A program made the position numbers and the translations under genes. A stretch of DNA of 64,000 nucleotides from Octopus vulgaris (Eukaryota), in assembly GCA_951406725.2 (NCBI GenBank), contig OX597817.1, positions 152,148,001 through 152,212,000 of the forward strand, read 5' to 3'. The notes beneath the pieces were generated by a model that ran no database searches, was not told the DNA's origin, and worked only from the letters and a program-made list of their open reading frames with translations. Below, piece after piece: positions 13,201 through 26,096 of the stretch (positions are counted from its first letter, which is position 1; each line of letters starts with the position of its first letter).

Positions 13201-15181
13201 TTCTATCAATCCATCCAACTTGTCAAACCACTGCCAGCATGGAGAATCTTTTCCACTCTTGGCATAAGGCCTGAAATTTGGTGGGAGAGGGGCCAGTCGA
13301 TTAGATTGACCCCAGTACACAACTGGTAGTTAGTTTATCGACCCTGAAAGGATGAAAGGAAAAGTCAACCTCAGCAGAATTTGAACTCAGAACATAAAGA
13401 CAAACAAAATGCCACTAAGTATTTCGCCCAGTGTGCTAACATTTCTGCCAACTCACCACCTTGCCAGCATGGAGAATGGACATAAATGATAATGTTAGAG
13501 CAAAGGACAACATTCGTTGTGGTACCTGTTTTGGCTGTTTGCATTTTGAATTCAAATTCCGCTAATGGCCAGGCTATATCACCCAACAAACGAAGTATCC
13601 TGTTCAAACTGGCATTTGACCAGCTTTGGTAGGTAGGCCTACAACAAACTTAGATCACACTGACAATGGTAAAATGAAACTTTCACCCAACAATAGATTG
13701 ACAATGGCTGAATAGTACAACTGGATCGGTTACGACAACGAGGGTTCCGGTTGATCCGAATCAATGGAACAGCCTGCTCGTGAAATTAAAGTGTAAGTGG
13801 CTGAGCACTCCACAGACACGTGTACCCTTAACGTAGTTCTCGGGGATATTCAGCGTGACACAGAGAGTGACAAGGCCGGCCCTTTGAAATACAGGTACAA
13901 CAGAAACAGGAAGTAAGAGTGAGAGAAAGTTGTAGTGAAAGAGTACAGCAGGGATCACCACCATCCCCTGCCGGAGCTGCGTGGAGCTTTAGATGTTTTC
14001 GCTCAATAAACACTCACAACGCCCAGTCTGGGAATCGAAACCACGATCCTATGACCGTGAGTCCGCTGCCCTAACCACTGGGCCATTGCACCTCCACATA
14101 GTACAACTAAGCACTGTGTATAAGAAGCTCATTATTATCAACATTTGACCTTTGGGTATCATGAGAAGAGTCCACTCCATTGCAATCATTGAGATTTGGT
14201 CTCCGGTCTGAGAACAACTTCCTTCCTTCCTCACACTAGTCTTGGAGCCCCTCCAAATGGTCATGGTTGCTGCACTTCTTCCTGTGGGTAAATCATAAAA
14301 AATTAAAATATGTATTGTAATCTTATATGCTATTCAATCCATTGATATTATTGATTTTCAAGTTAGCCCAGAATTTAATGGTAAAAAAAGAGTAGCCATT
14401 ATTGCTATGGCTACACATGTGGTACAAACTGGTTATTTTCCTGGCTATCAATTTATACAGTTCAAAATGAATATTGATTTTTATTGATGAAAACTTTCTC
14501 CAATTAAATTATTTAATTATGCTAGATGTAATTAAGGTCAGGCTCGCAGATATAAAGTATAACAATGCCAGTGTTTCTGATAAAATTCCATAAAGACTTT
14601 CCCAATTGACATAATAATAGGGAAATAGTTTTTCTCACATTTTCTATTCCACTTTGTTGTTCTATAATTATTCTTTAATGATAGTTTTTGAATTGATACT
14701 GAGAGGAACAAGATATTCGAATGCCAAAAATTGCTTTTTCAATCCATTAAACTTTCTTAACAACTTCAACAAAAGCAAATAAAATACAAGATGGAAAAAT
14801 CTAAAATACGTAGCAAATAACAAATTTTATATTTGTCACTAAATTCATTCTGCTACGCTATTATTACTATTATTATTTGTCCAACCCATGCCAGTACAGA
14901 AAATGGACATTAAATGATGATGATGCTGATGATGATGACAGCAATGATTCTCAGGACACTGAACTGCTAGAATCGTTAGCAAGTGAGACAAATTGCTTTG
15001 TGACATTTCTTCCTTCTTTACATTCTGATTTCAAATGCCACCAAGGTCAACTTTGCCTTTAATCCTTTCAGGATCAATGAAATAACTATCAATCAAGCAC
15101 TGGGATTGATGTAATTGTTTGTCCCCCTTCCCCACAATTTCAGGCCCAACGCCTCTCATAGAGAGAATTATTATTATTATT

Positions 15182-15730
15182 GAGTGAGAGAGCAGTGCAT
15201 GCCATCAAAGTGACACTGGGGTAAAATATACGAAGCCCAGTATATCCATCATGACTACCCATCTGATAAGGGTTCACTAGGCATCACAACCATATGTGCG
15301 CGACATGGTGATCTCATATCAAGATAAACAGCTCATGACCTTGCAGGTGGGGCCCAGTTAGAATTTTCTTCTGGTCGAGTAACCCATCCCACTCAAAGGT
15401 CCCTGAATAAGGGTTGTTTAAGGATGTTGAACAAAACACCCATGTTTCCAGAGGTGAATTATTCAAACCCCAAATTATCTCTCTCAACACATGGCTATGA
15501 TGCTCCCCCACTACTTCTGCTCATGATCAGAGATGCACATATCGTCAGCCACTAAGGGACATACTGAACTGGTTAAGGTCAAACAACTGACAAGCAAATC
15601 TGTGGTATTGAGCAGAATATTTGCTGTAGCCCATCTTTTATACTAAGACAAAACAATGTACATGATAACACTTCCAATCAGTTAAGATCAGAAGCCACAA
15701 GAGCCACTGCCTGGTACTGCATCAGGGCAT
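15182..15730. repeat. ~550 bp probable interspersed repeat inserted in a (TTA)n run
   Basis: Sharp composition change bounded by TTA microsatellite on both sides; single copy here, unclassified. Confidence 0.5.
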
Positions 15731-15759
15731 ACTATTATTATTATTATTATTATCATTAA

Positions 15760-16153
15760 GGCGCAGGAGTGGCTGTGTGGTAAGTAGCTTGCTTACCAAC
15801 CACATGGTTCCGGGTTCAGTCCCACTGCGTGGCATCTTGGGCAAGTATCTTCTACTATAGCCCCGGGCCGATCAATGCCTTGTGAGTGGATTTGGTAGAA
15901 GGAAACTGAAAGAAGCCTGTCGTATATATGTATATATATATATGTATTTGTGTGTCTGTGTTGGTCTTCCTAGCATTGCTTGACAACCGATGCTGGTGTG
16001 TTTACGTCCCCGTCACTTAGCGGTTCGGCAAAAGAGACCGATAGAATAAGTACTGGGCTTACAAAGAATAAGTCCCGGGGTTGATTTGCTCGACTAAAAG
16101 CGGTGCTCCAGCATGGCCACAGTCAAATGAATGAAACAAGTAAAAGAGTAAGA
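15760..16153 (+). mobile_element. tRNA-derived SINE family A (representative copy)
   Basis: A box TGGCTGTGTGG, B box GGTTCAGTCC, internal (TA)/(TG) microsatellite, AAAAGAGT tail. Other approximate copies: + 26257-26662, 32076-32462, 34482-34760, 36020-36424, 47686-48090; - 9812-10605, 29230-29672, 40621-41017, 43085-43514, 44354-44780, 51558-51972, 54167-54526. Confidence 0.9.
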
Positions 16154-18619
16154 GGGTAAGCTTGTAGAAACATCAGCACACCAGGCAAAAATGCTTTGTA
16201 GCATTTCATTCGTCTTTTACATTCTGAGCTCAAATTCAAACATTTTTCATTCAGATTTTGAGAACTTTGTGGATGAGTCATAAAGTTTGAAGCAGCACTA
16301 TTTTCTGTACAAAAAATGGTTCCAGGTAAAAGGGAATATGATTGATAGCATGCATATATGTATCATCATGATCATCATTTAACATCCTCCTTCCATGCTG
16401 GCATGGGTTGGACAGTTTGACAGGAGCTGGACAGGCAGAAGCCTGCACCATACTTCTGTGTCTGTTTCAGCATGGTTTTCTTTTTATGGCTGGATGTCCT
16501 TCCTAACAGCAACCACTCCACAGAGTGGGCTGAGTGCTTTTTACATGGCACCAGCACAGACAAGGTCAATTTTGGCATGGTTTTTTTTTTACTGCTGGAT
16601 GCCCTTATAAATGCCAACGACTTTACAGTATGGACTGAATGCTTTTCATGTGGCACCAGCACTGGCAGGGTCACTAAGTAACTTTGCAAGATAAGGGATC
16701 TTTGAGAGGAGAGAGGGCATTGGAGGAGGTGATTTTGTGCCAGATGATGAAAGGTTAGAGAGTTACAAAGAGACAGAAACAGATGTCTTGCTGTAGAGGA
16801 GGTCCATGGTTACCCAGCCAGAGAGAGAGAGAGGGGAAGGGAGAGAGTTAACAAGAAAGAGGGCAGAAATAGGTGTGCTGTTGATGTATAATCTTATTTG
16901 TCATTGGACTACGGCCATGCTAGAGCTCGAGGGGCTTTGTCAAACAAATCAACTCCAGTACGTTTTTTTAAGCCTGGTACTTTATCAGTCTCTTTTTCCA
17001 AGAGCAAAATCTATCAGTCTGTTTTGTTCCTGTAACTTAGCAGTTACAGGGACAGACAAACAAACACAAAGACACACACACACACAGACATATATATATA
17101 TATATATATATACATACACACACACTACACTACACTCACGGAGTGGTTGGCGTTAGGAAGGGTATCCAGCTGTAGAAACACTGCCAGATCAGACTGGAGC
17201 CTGGTGCAGCTTCCTGGCTTCCCAGACCCTGGTCGAACCGTCCAACCCATGCTAGCATGGAAAATGGACGTTAAACGATGATGATATATATATATATAGA
17301 GGGAGAGAGAGAAAGGTAGGAAGGAAGGAAAGTAGAGAGGTAGGAAGCATGGAGGTGGTGACACGTGACCGAGACCTTTGACAATAAACCGTACTTGAGA
17401 AGATCTGTCAAGCCAAATGTAATTGCAGTCATGGCTGATGCCAGTGTTGTGTAATTGGCTCTCATACCGGTGGCACATAAAAAGCACTCTTTGAACGCTG
17501 GGCCATGTGTTGTGCTTGAAAAGACCCATTAAGCGAAATGAAATCATAGTCATGGCCAATGCCTGCGTCACATATCTGGCACAGAAAAAGGACCCTTTGA
17601 ACTTTGGTCCTCAAACCAAGTGAGATCATAGTTATGGCTAATACCGGTGTTTCATAACTGGCACCCATGCCAGTGGCATGTAAAAAGCACTCACTACACT
17701 CTTGGAGTGGTTGGAATTAGGAAGAGCATCTAGCCATAGAAACCTTGCCAAATCAGATTGGAACCTGGTGCTGCTCCCCGGCTTACCAGTTTTCAGTCAA
17801 ACTGTCCGACCCATGCCAGCATGGAAAACAGACGTTAAATAATGAGGATGATGATAAGGATGATATACAACAGGTTTCCATAGAGTTTCTATCTAACAAA
17901 TTTATTCACCAAATCATTGGTAAGCCCCAAGGCTAGTAGCAGATACTTTCCTAAGGTACCACAGTGGGGATGAACCTGAAACCACATGGTTGGTAAGTGT
18001 ACGTGTTTAGCAAGTAATTTAATCTGAAATACCATGTTGAGGCTAAAAATAATCTCATTGTCAGAGGCGTATTCGAGCTATTTAAAATACACATATTCTG
18101 TTAAGTTCACTTTTCCTCTCTTATTATTTTATAAGCTGAATAATAATAATGTGTAATTATTGTGTGTCAGTTTTTTGTTGTTTTTTTTTGTTTTTGGGGT
18201 TTTTTTTTTACTATAAATTTAAGTTGCTTAACAGGTGATGAAGAGCTTGTTTCCTTGGTTTTATCTGTTTTTGCTTTGTACATGTATTGAATGAAATATG
18301 AGTCTCTATAATGTGAGAACAAAAAACAGTCATAATTCTGATACTCTGCTTCACTATTGAATACAATTTATCTTTATTATGCGATGTAGTAAAAGTGCAT
18401 GAAGTGCGATTAACAGTTTATGCGTATCTGCAACAAACACACATACCCACATGCTCATACAAACACACATACACTCGCATGCTAGTATACTCACACATGC
18501 ACACAGGCTCGCATATGCACACAGGCTCACACATGCACTTACAGGCATATACATGCATAAAATCCATTATCATTACATCCATCTTTTCATACTTGCATTA
18601 AGGTGAACAGAACTTTTTC

Positions 18620-18875
18620 ACCACAGCATCTCTTCACTTGTCTTCGTCATTCATCATCTCCTTTGTGAAGCCCAGCATTTTAAGAATATCTTTCACCAGT
18701 GTCTTCCTTAGTCTTCTTCTTTCACGTATTTTTCCCATTTGAATCACTTGGAACTTCTTCTTTACCCAACCATCATACTTTATAGACATCACGTAACCAT
18801 ACCTGTTCAGCCCCATCTCTTGTACACTACACTAAATTCCTCTTAACCTCAGTTTTTCTTTCAGTTGATTTGTAC
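18620..18875 (-). mobile_element. Old RTE ORF C-terminal fragment
   Basis: RYGYVMS...RLRKTLVKDILKMLGFTKEMMND aligns with RWYGHVAR...RPRKTW...LRTLGLTMEMTRD of the 23417 element. Confidence 0.7.
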
Positions 18876-18919
18876 TCCACAATTCGAGTTCTTTTGGTGG
18901 TCTTCATAGCCAAGTGTTA

Positions 18920-19320
18920 TACACCACAGCTCAGGCAAATAAGATCACCCAAAGGTTCCAGGTTTAAAACAAAACAAAGACAGCATTTTAAAAACAAAAT
19001 GGCCAGAGGTTGTGATATAGGAATGTGCTGAAGAACTCCAGCATCTCTCCTAGACACTTGGAAAAAGAAGGCCCTACAGCACAATGAATGGCACCGATTG
19101 CTAAATGTCATAATTCCAGCCATTGAGGAGAAACAACAGAGAGAACACAAAAGAGCACATGAGGGGCATCATTTCTCCATTGTCAAATAGCTTTGCCTGC
19201 AGCAGATGTCATTGCTGCTGTAGATCAAGAGCAGGCCTTGTAAGCCACATGTGAACCTGCCATTATTTCTGATTAAGAACAGTCAACGTCATCCTACAAA
19301 GGACAGTCAATGAAGATGAT
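18920..19320 (+). mobile_element. Degenerate RTE/BovB-type LINE 3' end with terminal zinc-finger remnant
   Basis: TWKKKALQHNEW...FACSRCHCCCRSRAGLVSHM; ends in a GAT-like tail. Confidence 0.55.
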
Positions 19321-20766
19321 TTTAAAAACAGCAGGAGGATACATAGGGGTCGAGACCTAGGTAGGCCGAGCTCCCTTAGAGTATCAGGAACTAACAGGCT
19401 GAAACACTTGCTTGACAGTTCTTCTGAAAATAGCTCTTGTTTTCTGCTCATCCTGTTGCAAGTTTCCTCTGACTACAACATAACACTTTCATTTGTTTGG
19501 TAGTTCATTTGTTTTACAGGTTTTGCATTGTTTGCAGAGGCTGGGCAAATATATTGAGACATTGTTTTTAATTTGTTTCTCACAGTGGGATCCTTATTGC
19601 CTAGGTTAGTTCTTATTCAGATTATGTCCAACCTAGAAGGATCAGGGAACCATATCTCATTCATCCATTTCATTTTGGTTAAAGAGCATGATGCCATGTA
19701 AATAGCACCCACGCCAGTGCCATATAAAAAAGCACCATGTAAAGAAGCACCCATGCTGGCACCCCATAAAATGTACCCAGTACATTTTGCAAAGTGGTTA
19801 GCATTAGGAAGGGCATTCAGCCATAGAAACCACAGCAAAAACAGATGACTGAAGCCTGGTGCAGCCCCCACCCAGCTTGCCAGCCCTTGTCAAACTGTCC
19901 AGCCTGTGCCAGCACAGAAAATAGACATAAAATGATGATGATTGTTTTACAGCTAAATTACCATTCCTGATGCTAATCATCATCGTCGTTTAACATCTGT
20001 TTTCCATGCTAGAATGGATTGGACGGTTCAACTGGGGTCTGGGAAGCCAGGAGGCTGCACCAGGCTCCAGTCTGATCTGGCAGTGTTTCTGCAGCTGGAT
20101 GCCCTTCCTAATGCCAACCACTCCGTGAGTGTAGTGGGTGCTTTTTACGTGCCACCAGCACAGGGGCCAAAAGAGGGTGGCAAACGGCCATGATCGGTTG
20201 GTGCTTTTTACATGTCACCGGCACAAACGCCAGTCAAGGTGGCGCTGGCATCAGCCATGTTTGGATGGTACTTTTTATGCACCACCATCACGGGTATCAC
20301 AACTACAATTTCCATTTGATTTTTATTTTGATGTTGATGTACTTGACTCAATAGATCTCTTCAAGCACAGCAGGTCACCCCACGATCCAAGGTGAGCACA
20401 GCAGGCCGTCTTGCAAGCCAGGAACTCACTTCATTTGTCAGATCTTCGTGGTCACAGCATATCTCAGAGGTCTCGGTTTTTCGTTATTGCCTCTGTGAGG
20501 CCCAACATGCCACCGGCATGGGTATTACAACTACAATTTCCATTTGATTTTTATTTTGATGTTGATTTACTTGACTCAACAGGTCTCCTCAAGCACAGCA
20601 GGTCACCCTACGATCCAAGGTTAGCACAGCAGGCTGTCCTGCAAGCCATGAACTCACTTCACTGTCCTTAACTGTTTTTAATGAAATGACTAAATGATTC
20701 TCCACCACTACCCACTGCACTTTTATACAAGCAACTGTTGATGTAAACTTTTATATTTCTGTCCAG

Positions 20767-20907
20767 ATCCAAGTCAACAAGATTCCGTTGGATCCAACAT
20801 GCACCTTTCAATAAAGAGCATCATTGGGCACTTCGAGCTCTCTACATTGGCAAAAAATGCCCTCAGTTGTGCAGTGGTCATGGTAACTGTATTGGACATG
20901 TTTGCAG
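20767..20907 (+). CDS. RELN: Reelin exon 2, end of 6A and start of EGF6
   Basis: ccag|A...AG|gtaag, phase 2-2; SKSTRFRWIQHAPFNKEHHWALRALYIGKKCPQLCSGHGNCIGHVC. Confidence 0.95.
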
Positions 20908-22172
20908 GTAAGTCATTCTCTCCTATTTTCTCATAAATAATCATCAAAATATAAAATATTACATAATCATGTGGTCAACCAGACTATCAGATGTTGTTAT
21001 ACATCACTGATCACAATGCACTTTTGCATCGTTTTAGCTTTTCGAATGATGCCACTCCACTGGCTTGGTGAGTAGGCCAACATTCCCTCTGATAAGAGGG
21101 CTCATCCATCACAGGATCACAGCTGAGTGGACAGGAGCAATGTGAAATGAGGTGTTTTGCTCAAGAACACAATTCACCACCTAGTCTGGGGATCAAACCC
21201 AGAATCTAGTGATTGTGAGTGCAGCACCTCTAACCACTAGGCCACACGCTTTCATAAAATATAGAAAATAAAAAAATGTATTTGTCTAATATCTATTTCC
21301 ACATTTAATGAATTTCTATACTATTTATACATTTTATTATACTTTTTCTTTTTTACTTTTTTTTGTTATTTGCTTGTTTTATTCCTTTCAAGGTGAGATT
21401 TTCTAGATTTTTTTTATATTCTTTTAGTGAAGATTCTAAAACAAAACTCACTTTTCTGGAAACAAATAATCTCTACATATTAGTTTATATTTGTTACTAT
21501 TTATATCCCTCTATAGTGCACATAGTCAAAATTTAATATTGTAACTAAGTCTAGATTTAAATTATCATCAGTCTTTACACTTTAACCCTTTGAGCTGGCA
21601 AAATCGTTAGCACGTCGGGCGAAATACTTAGCAGTATTTCGGCTGCCATTACGTTCTGAGTTCAAATTCTGCCAAGGCCGACTTTGTCTTTCATCCTTTA
21701 GGGGTTGATTAAATAAGTACCAGTTACATACTGGACTCGATGTAATCGACTTAATCCCTTTGTCTGTCTTTGTTTGTCACCTCTATGTTTCGCCCCCTGT
21801 GGGCAATAAAGAAATAAAATATTTAGATTATTCTGTCAAATACAATGCTTGTTCATTTACATTGTTTTGAATTAGTCATGCATTATCTTGCAGCTTTGAG
21901 ATTTCAATGATGTCATTGTTAACTCTTAAAATGACATTGTAGGGTAGGTGTGAGAGGCCAGATCTGGCCAGTTTTAATATAAAACAGGTTGAATATTTAA
22001 GCTGGATATGGCCAGTTTAAATGCTAAATGGTTAAAGATGGATGTATCATCCAGATGACAGGGTACTGTGTAAGAGTTAAAGGATTTCATAGTTCACATC
22101 TTGTTGGTATATCCAGACTCAATTCTGTCAGTCTGTCAGTCCACCACAATCAGGAGTGTCTGCTTTTAAAGC

Positions 22173-22391
22173 TTTACTCTTTTACTTGTTTCAGTCATTT
22201 GACTGTGGCCATGCTGGAGCACCGCCTTTAGTCGAGCAAATCGACCCCAGGTCTTATTCTTTGTAAGCCTAGTACTTATTCTATTGGTCTCTTTTGCTGA
22301 ACCGCTAAGTTACAGGGACGTAAACACACCAGCATCGGTTGTCAAGCGATGTTGGGGGGACAAACACAGACACACGAACATATACACATAC

Positions 22392-22437
<46 letters not shown>

Positions 22438-25400
22438 CACAAAAAATTCAGGGTGAATACTTGATAACTGTAAGCACCTGTATATGCCAGTTAGTAGTGT
22501 AGGTGATAGGGTATATTTATCAAAAGAAAAACAGGATGCAAAGGATTTAGCGGTACATATGTTTCTGGCTTTATTGGACAATTTATATCAATGCATAATT
22601 GATGTAACATGTATGTCAATAGCCTTCTTCAGCTGCACACAATTACCACACCAAAGACATGTATTACATTATCGCAGGTTTGAGAAGTTTGGGAAAAAAG
22701 ACGAGTTTCGTTGGGAATGCAAATCCTCATAGTCGTATATGGCAAAGCGAGACACCAAAACAAAACGTCCATAGAATGAGGAGGTTGGATGTTGAGATAA
22801 AGAATGAAGGAGTGGAAGGGGGGGAATCTTTAATGAATTTGGGATCACAAAGAGGAAAAAGTATATGTATAAATCTAAACATGATTATACAGGAAAATAG
22901 TAAGTGCAAAATGTAATAAAAGAGTAAAAATGTAAAAAAAAGAGTAAAAATGTAAAAAAAGAAAAAAATAAATATATAAGTATATAAAGATACAAAGGAT
23001 GTCGTGTGTCTGGTCTAAAGTTCTAGAGCTGTATTGTGACAGTGTAGCCGTGAAAAATAAATATGGAAATATAAATAAAGATAAAGAAGCAAAAAAATAA
23101 AGACGAAAAATAAAAATATAAAGGGATAAAAAATGAAAAAGTGGACATAAAGATAAAGTAAGGTAAGAATAAGGAGATACAGAAAAAAATGTATGCCGGT
23201 TAGTGATGAAGCTTTAGGATGTTTTTGGTGAGCGTCATAAATTAAAACTTAATTATCTGGGGAGCTGTATGGTAGAAGGCGGATGGTCAATTTAAGTTGT
23301 CTGCTCCAAGTATGGTGTGTGTCTATAAACTTATCTACTTTTTCATAAAAAACGTCTCTATTATCAAACAACATATATATATATATATATATACATATAT
23401 ATAAATATATATATATATGGATACAAATAATTACAGAGGTATCAAGCTGTTGGATCAGGTAATGAAGGTTACGGAGAGGGTCATAGCCCAACTAATTAGA
23501 GAGAGAGTTAGTTTAGATGAGATGCAGTTTGGGTTTGTCCCAGGGAAAAGCACCACTGATGCTATATTCCTGGTAAGGCAGCTGCAGGAGAAATACCTAG
23601 CCAAGGATAAGCCCCTGTACCTGGCTTTCGTTGACATGGAGAAAGCCTTTGATAGGGTCCCCCGATCCCTCATCTGGTGGTCAATGAGGAAACTAGGGAT
23701 AGATGAATGGCTGGTGAGGGCTGTGCAAGCCATGTACAGAGATGCCGTAAGTAAGGTTAGAGTTGGCAACATGTACACAGAAGAATTCAAAGTAGAGGTT
23801 GGGGTCCACCAGGGTTCAGTACTCAGCCCCTCCTATTTATCATAGTCCTCCAGGCAATAACGGAGGAATTCAAGACAGGTTGCCCCTGGGAGCTCCTCTA
23901 TGCTGACGACCTCACTCTAATCGCTGAGTCACTATCAGAACTGGAGGAGAAGTTCCAGGTGTGGAAGGAGGGTTTAGAATCGAGGGGCCTTAGAGTCAAC
24001 CTAGCTAAAACCAAAGTACTAATAAGTAGAAAGGTAGAAAACCCACAAATATCCTCAGGAAGATGGCCCTGCTCGATCTGTAGAAAAGGTGTAGGTAGAA
24101 ACTCTATAAGATGTACCCAGTGTAAGCTATGGACACATAAGAGGTGCAGCAATGTCAAAGGTAGGCTAACTGGGAAGATAGTTTTTGTATGTGGCAGGTG
24201 CTCTGGAGCATTGACCTCCGAAAATCTGCAGAAAACAACTTCTGTCACTTTCCGGGGGAAAAACTAGAAGTAGTTGATAGCTTCCGCTATCTAGGTGACC
24301 AAGTCAGTAGTGGGGGTGGGTGCGCTGAAAGTGTAACTGCTAGAATAAGAATAGCCTGGGCAAAGTTTAGGGAGCTCTTACCTCTGCTGGTGACTAAAGG
24401 CCTCTCGCTCAGAGTAAAAGGCAGACTGTATGATGCATGTGTACGAACAGCTATGCTACATGGCAGTGAAACATGGGCCGTGACTGCTGAGGACATGCGT
24501 AAGCTCGTGAGGAACGAAGCCAGTATGCTCCGATGGATGTGTAATGTCAGTGTACTTACTCGACAGAGCGTTAGTACCTTGAGAGAAATGTTGTACCTAA
24601 GAAGCATCAGTTGTTGTGTGCAAGAGAGACGATTGCGCTGGTATGGTCATGTGGCGAGAATGGATGAAGATAGGTGTGTGAGAAAGTGCCAATCCCTAGC
24701 AGTTGAGGGAACCCGTGGAAGAGGTAGACCCAGGAAAACCTGGGACGAGGTGGTGAAGCACGACCTTCGGACGTTAGGTCTCACCATGGAAATGACTAGA
24801 GACCGAGACCTATGGAAGTATGCTGTGCGTGAGAAGACCCGGCAAGACTAGTGAAGCCATAATCCGTGGCCCCTACCTGGGACGTAGTCAGTCCACCTGT
24901 GCATACCTTCCTTCTTGTGACACTTGTGAAGACCTGTTGAGGCAAGTGAGAATCGAATCGTATCGAATCAAATCGAACCAAATCAAAATAGATGAACATC
25001 AATGGAATTTGTATCCTTGTGGTACCAGTGCCGGTGGCACATAAGAAAACCATCCGAACGTGACCGTAGCCAGTACCGCAATGACTGGCCTCCGTGCTGA
25101 GGGCACGTAACAAACACCATCCGAGCGTGGCCGTCCGCCAGCCTCGTCTGGCACCTGTGTCGGTGACACATAAGAAAACACCATCCGAGCGTGGCCGTCT
25201 GCCAGCCTCGTCTGGCACCTGTGTCGGTGGCACATAAAAAACACCATCCGAGCGTGGCCGTCTGCCAGCCTCGTCTGGCACCTGTGTCGGTGGCACATAA
25301 AATCACCCACTACACTCTCGGAGTGGTTGGCGTTAGGAAGGGCATCCAGCTGTAGAAACACTGCCACATCTGACTGGCCTGGTGCAGCCTTCGGGCTTCC

Positions 25401-25642
25401 CAGACCCCAGTTGAACCGTCCAACCCATGCTAGCATGGAAAGCGGACGTTAAACGATGATGATGATGATGATGATGATATATATAAATATATATATATAT
25501 ATACATATACACATCCACGCACACACCTACACACACACATGCATGCATATATATACGCACTCACACATATATTGATATAAATTGTCCAATAAAGCCAGAA
25601 ACATATGTACCGCTAAATCCTTTGCATTCTGTTTTTCTTTTG

Positions 25643-25712
<70 letters not shown>

Positions 25713-25872
25713 CGGGCTTCTTTCAGTTCCCATCTACCAAATCCACTCACAAGGCTTTGGTCAGCCCGATGCTATAGTAGAATATACTTGCCCAAGGTTC
25801 CACCCAGTGGGACTGAACTCGAAACCATGTGGTTCGCAAGCAAGCTACTTACCACCCAGCCACTCCTACGCC
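22173..25872 (-). mobile_element. SINE A split at its internal microsatellite by a ~3.2 kb nested insertion
   Basis: Tail half at 22173-22440; head half resumes at about 25650-25872. Confidence 0.88.
23417..25476 (+). mobile_element. 5'-truncated RTE-clade LINE: RT with two frameshifts, 3' UTR with tandem repeats, (GAT)n tail
   Basis: NYRGIKLL, QFGF, FVDMEKAFD, GVHQGSVLSP, LYADD (YADD 23899-23910), FRYLG, RLRWYGHV, GRPRKTW; frameshifts near 23830 and 24253; stop at 24851. Confidence 0.95.
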
Positions 25873-25915
25873 AATGCTTTATCTAAGAATTTTTTTCTTT
25901 TTTTTTGGGTTACAG

Positions 25916-26096
25916 ATGTGATAGCAATTGGCAAGGAGCAGACTGCCATCAACCAAAGAACCCGCTGCCAACCATTCTGAAAGACTCTTTTACGGATGCA
26001 GACATATCAGCTCAGAATTGGTTAAAAATTGCTGGAGCAAAGATAACTAATACTTGCACAAATCTAGCATCAGGAATGGCAATACATTTTATTGGA
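25916..26096 (+). CDS. RELN: Reelin exon 3, end of EGF6 and start of 6B
   Basis: tacag|A...GGA|gtaagt; CDSNWQGADCHQPKNPLPTILKDSF...LASGMAIHFIG. Confidence 0.95.

Noticed and set aside
22512-25650. DNA transposon that captured an RT
   Set aside because: The left arm is internal to a longer segment, there is no TSD, and the RTE sits in its own TA run; nested insertions explain it better
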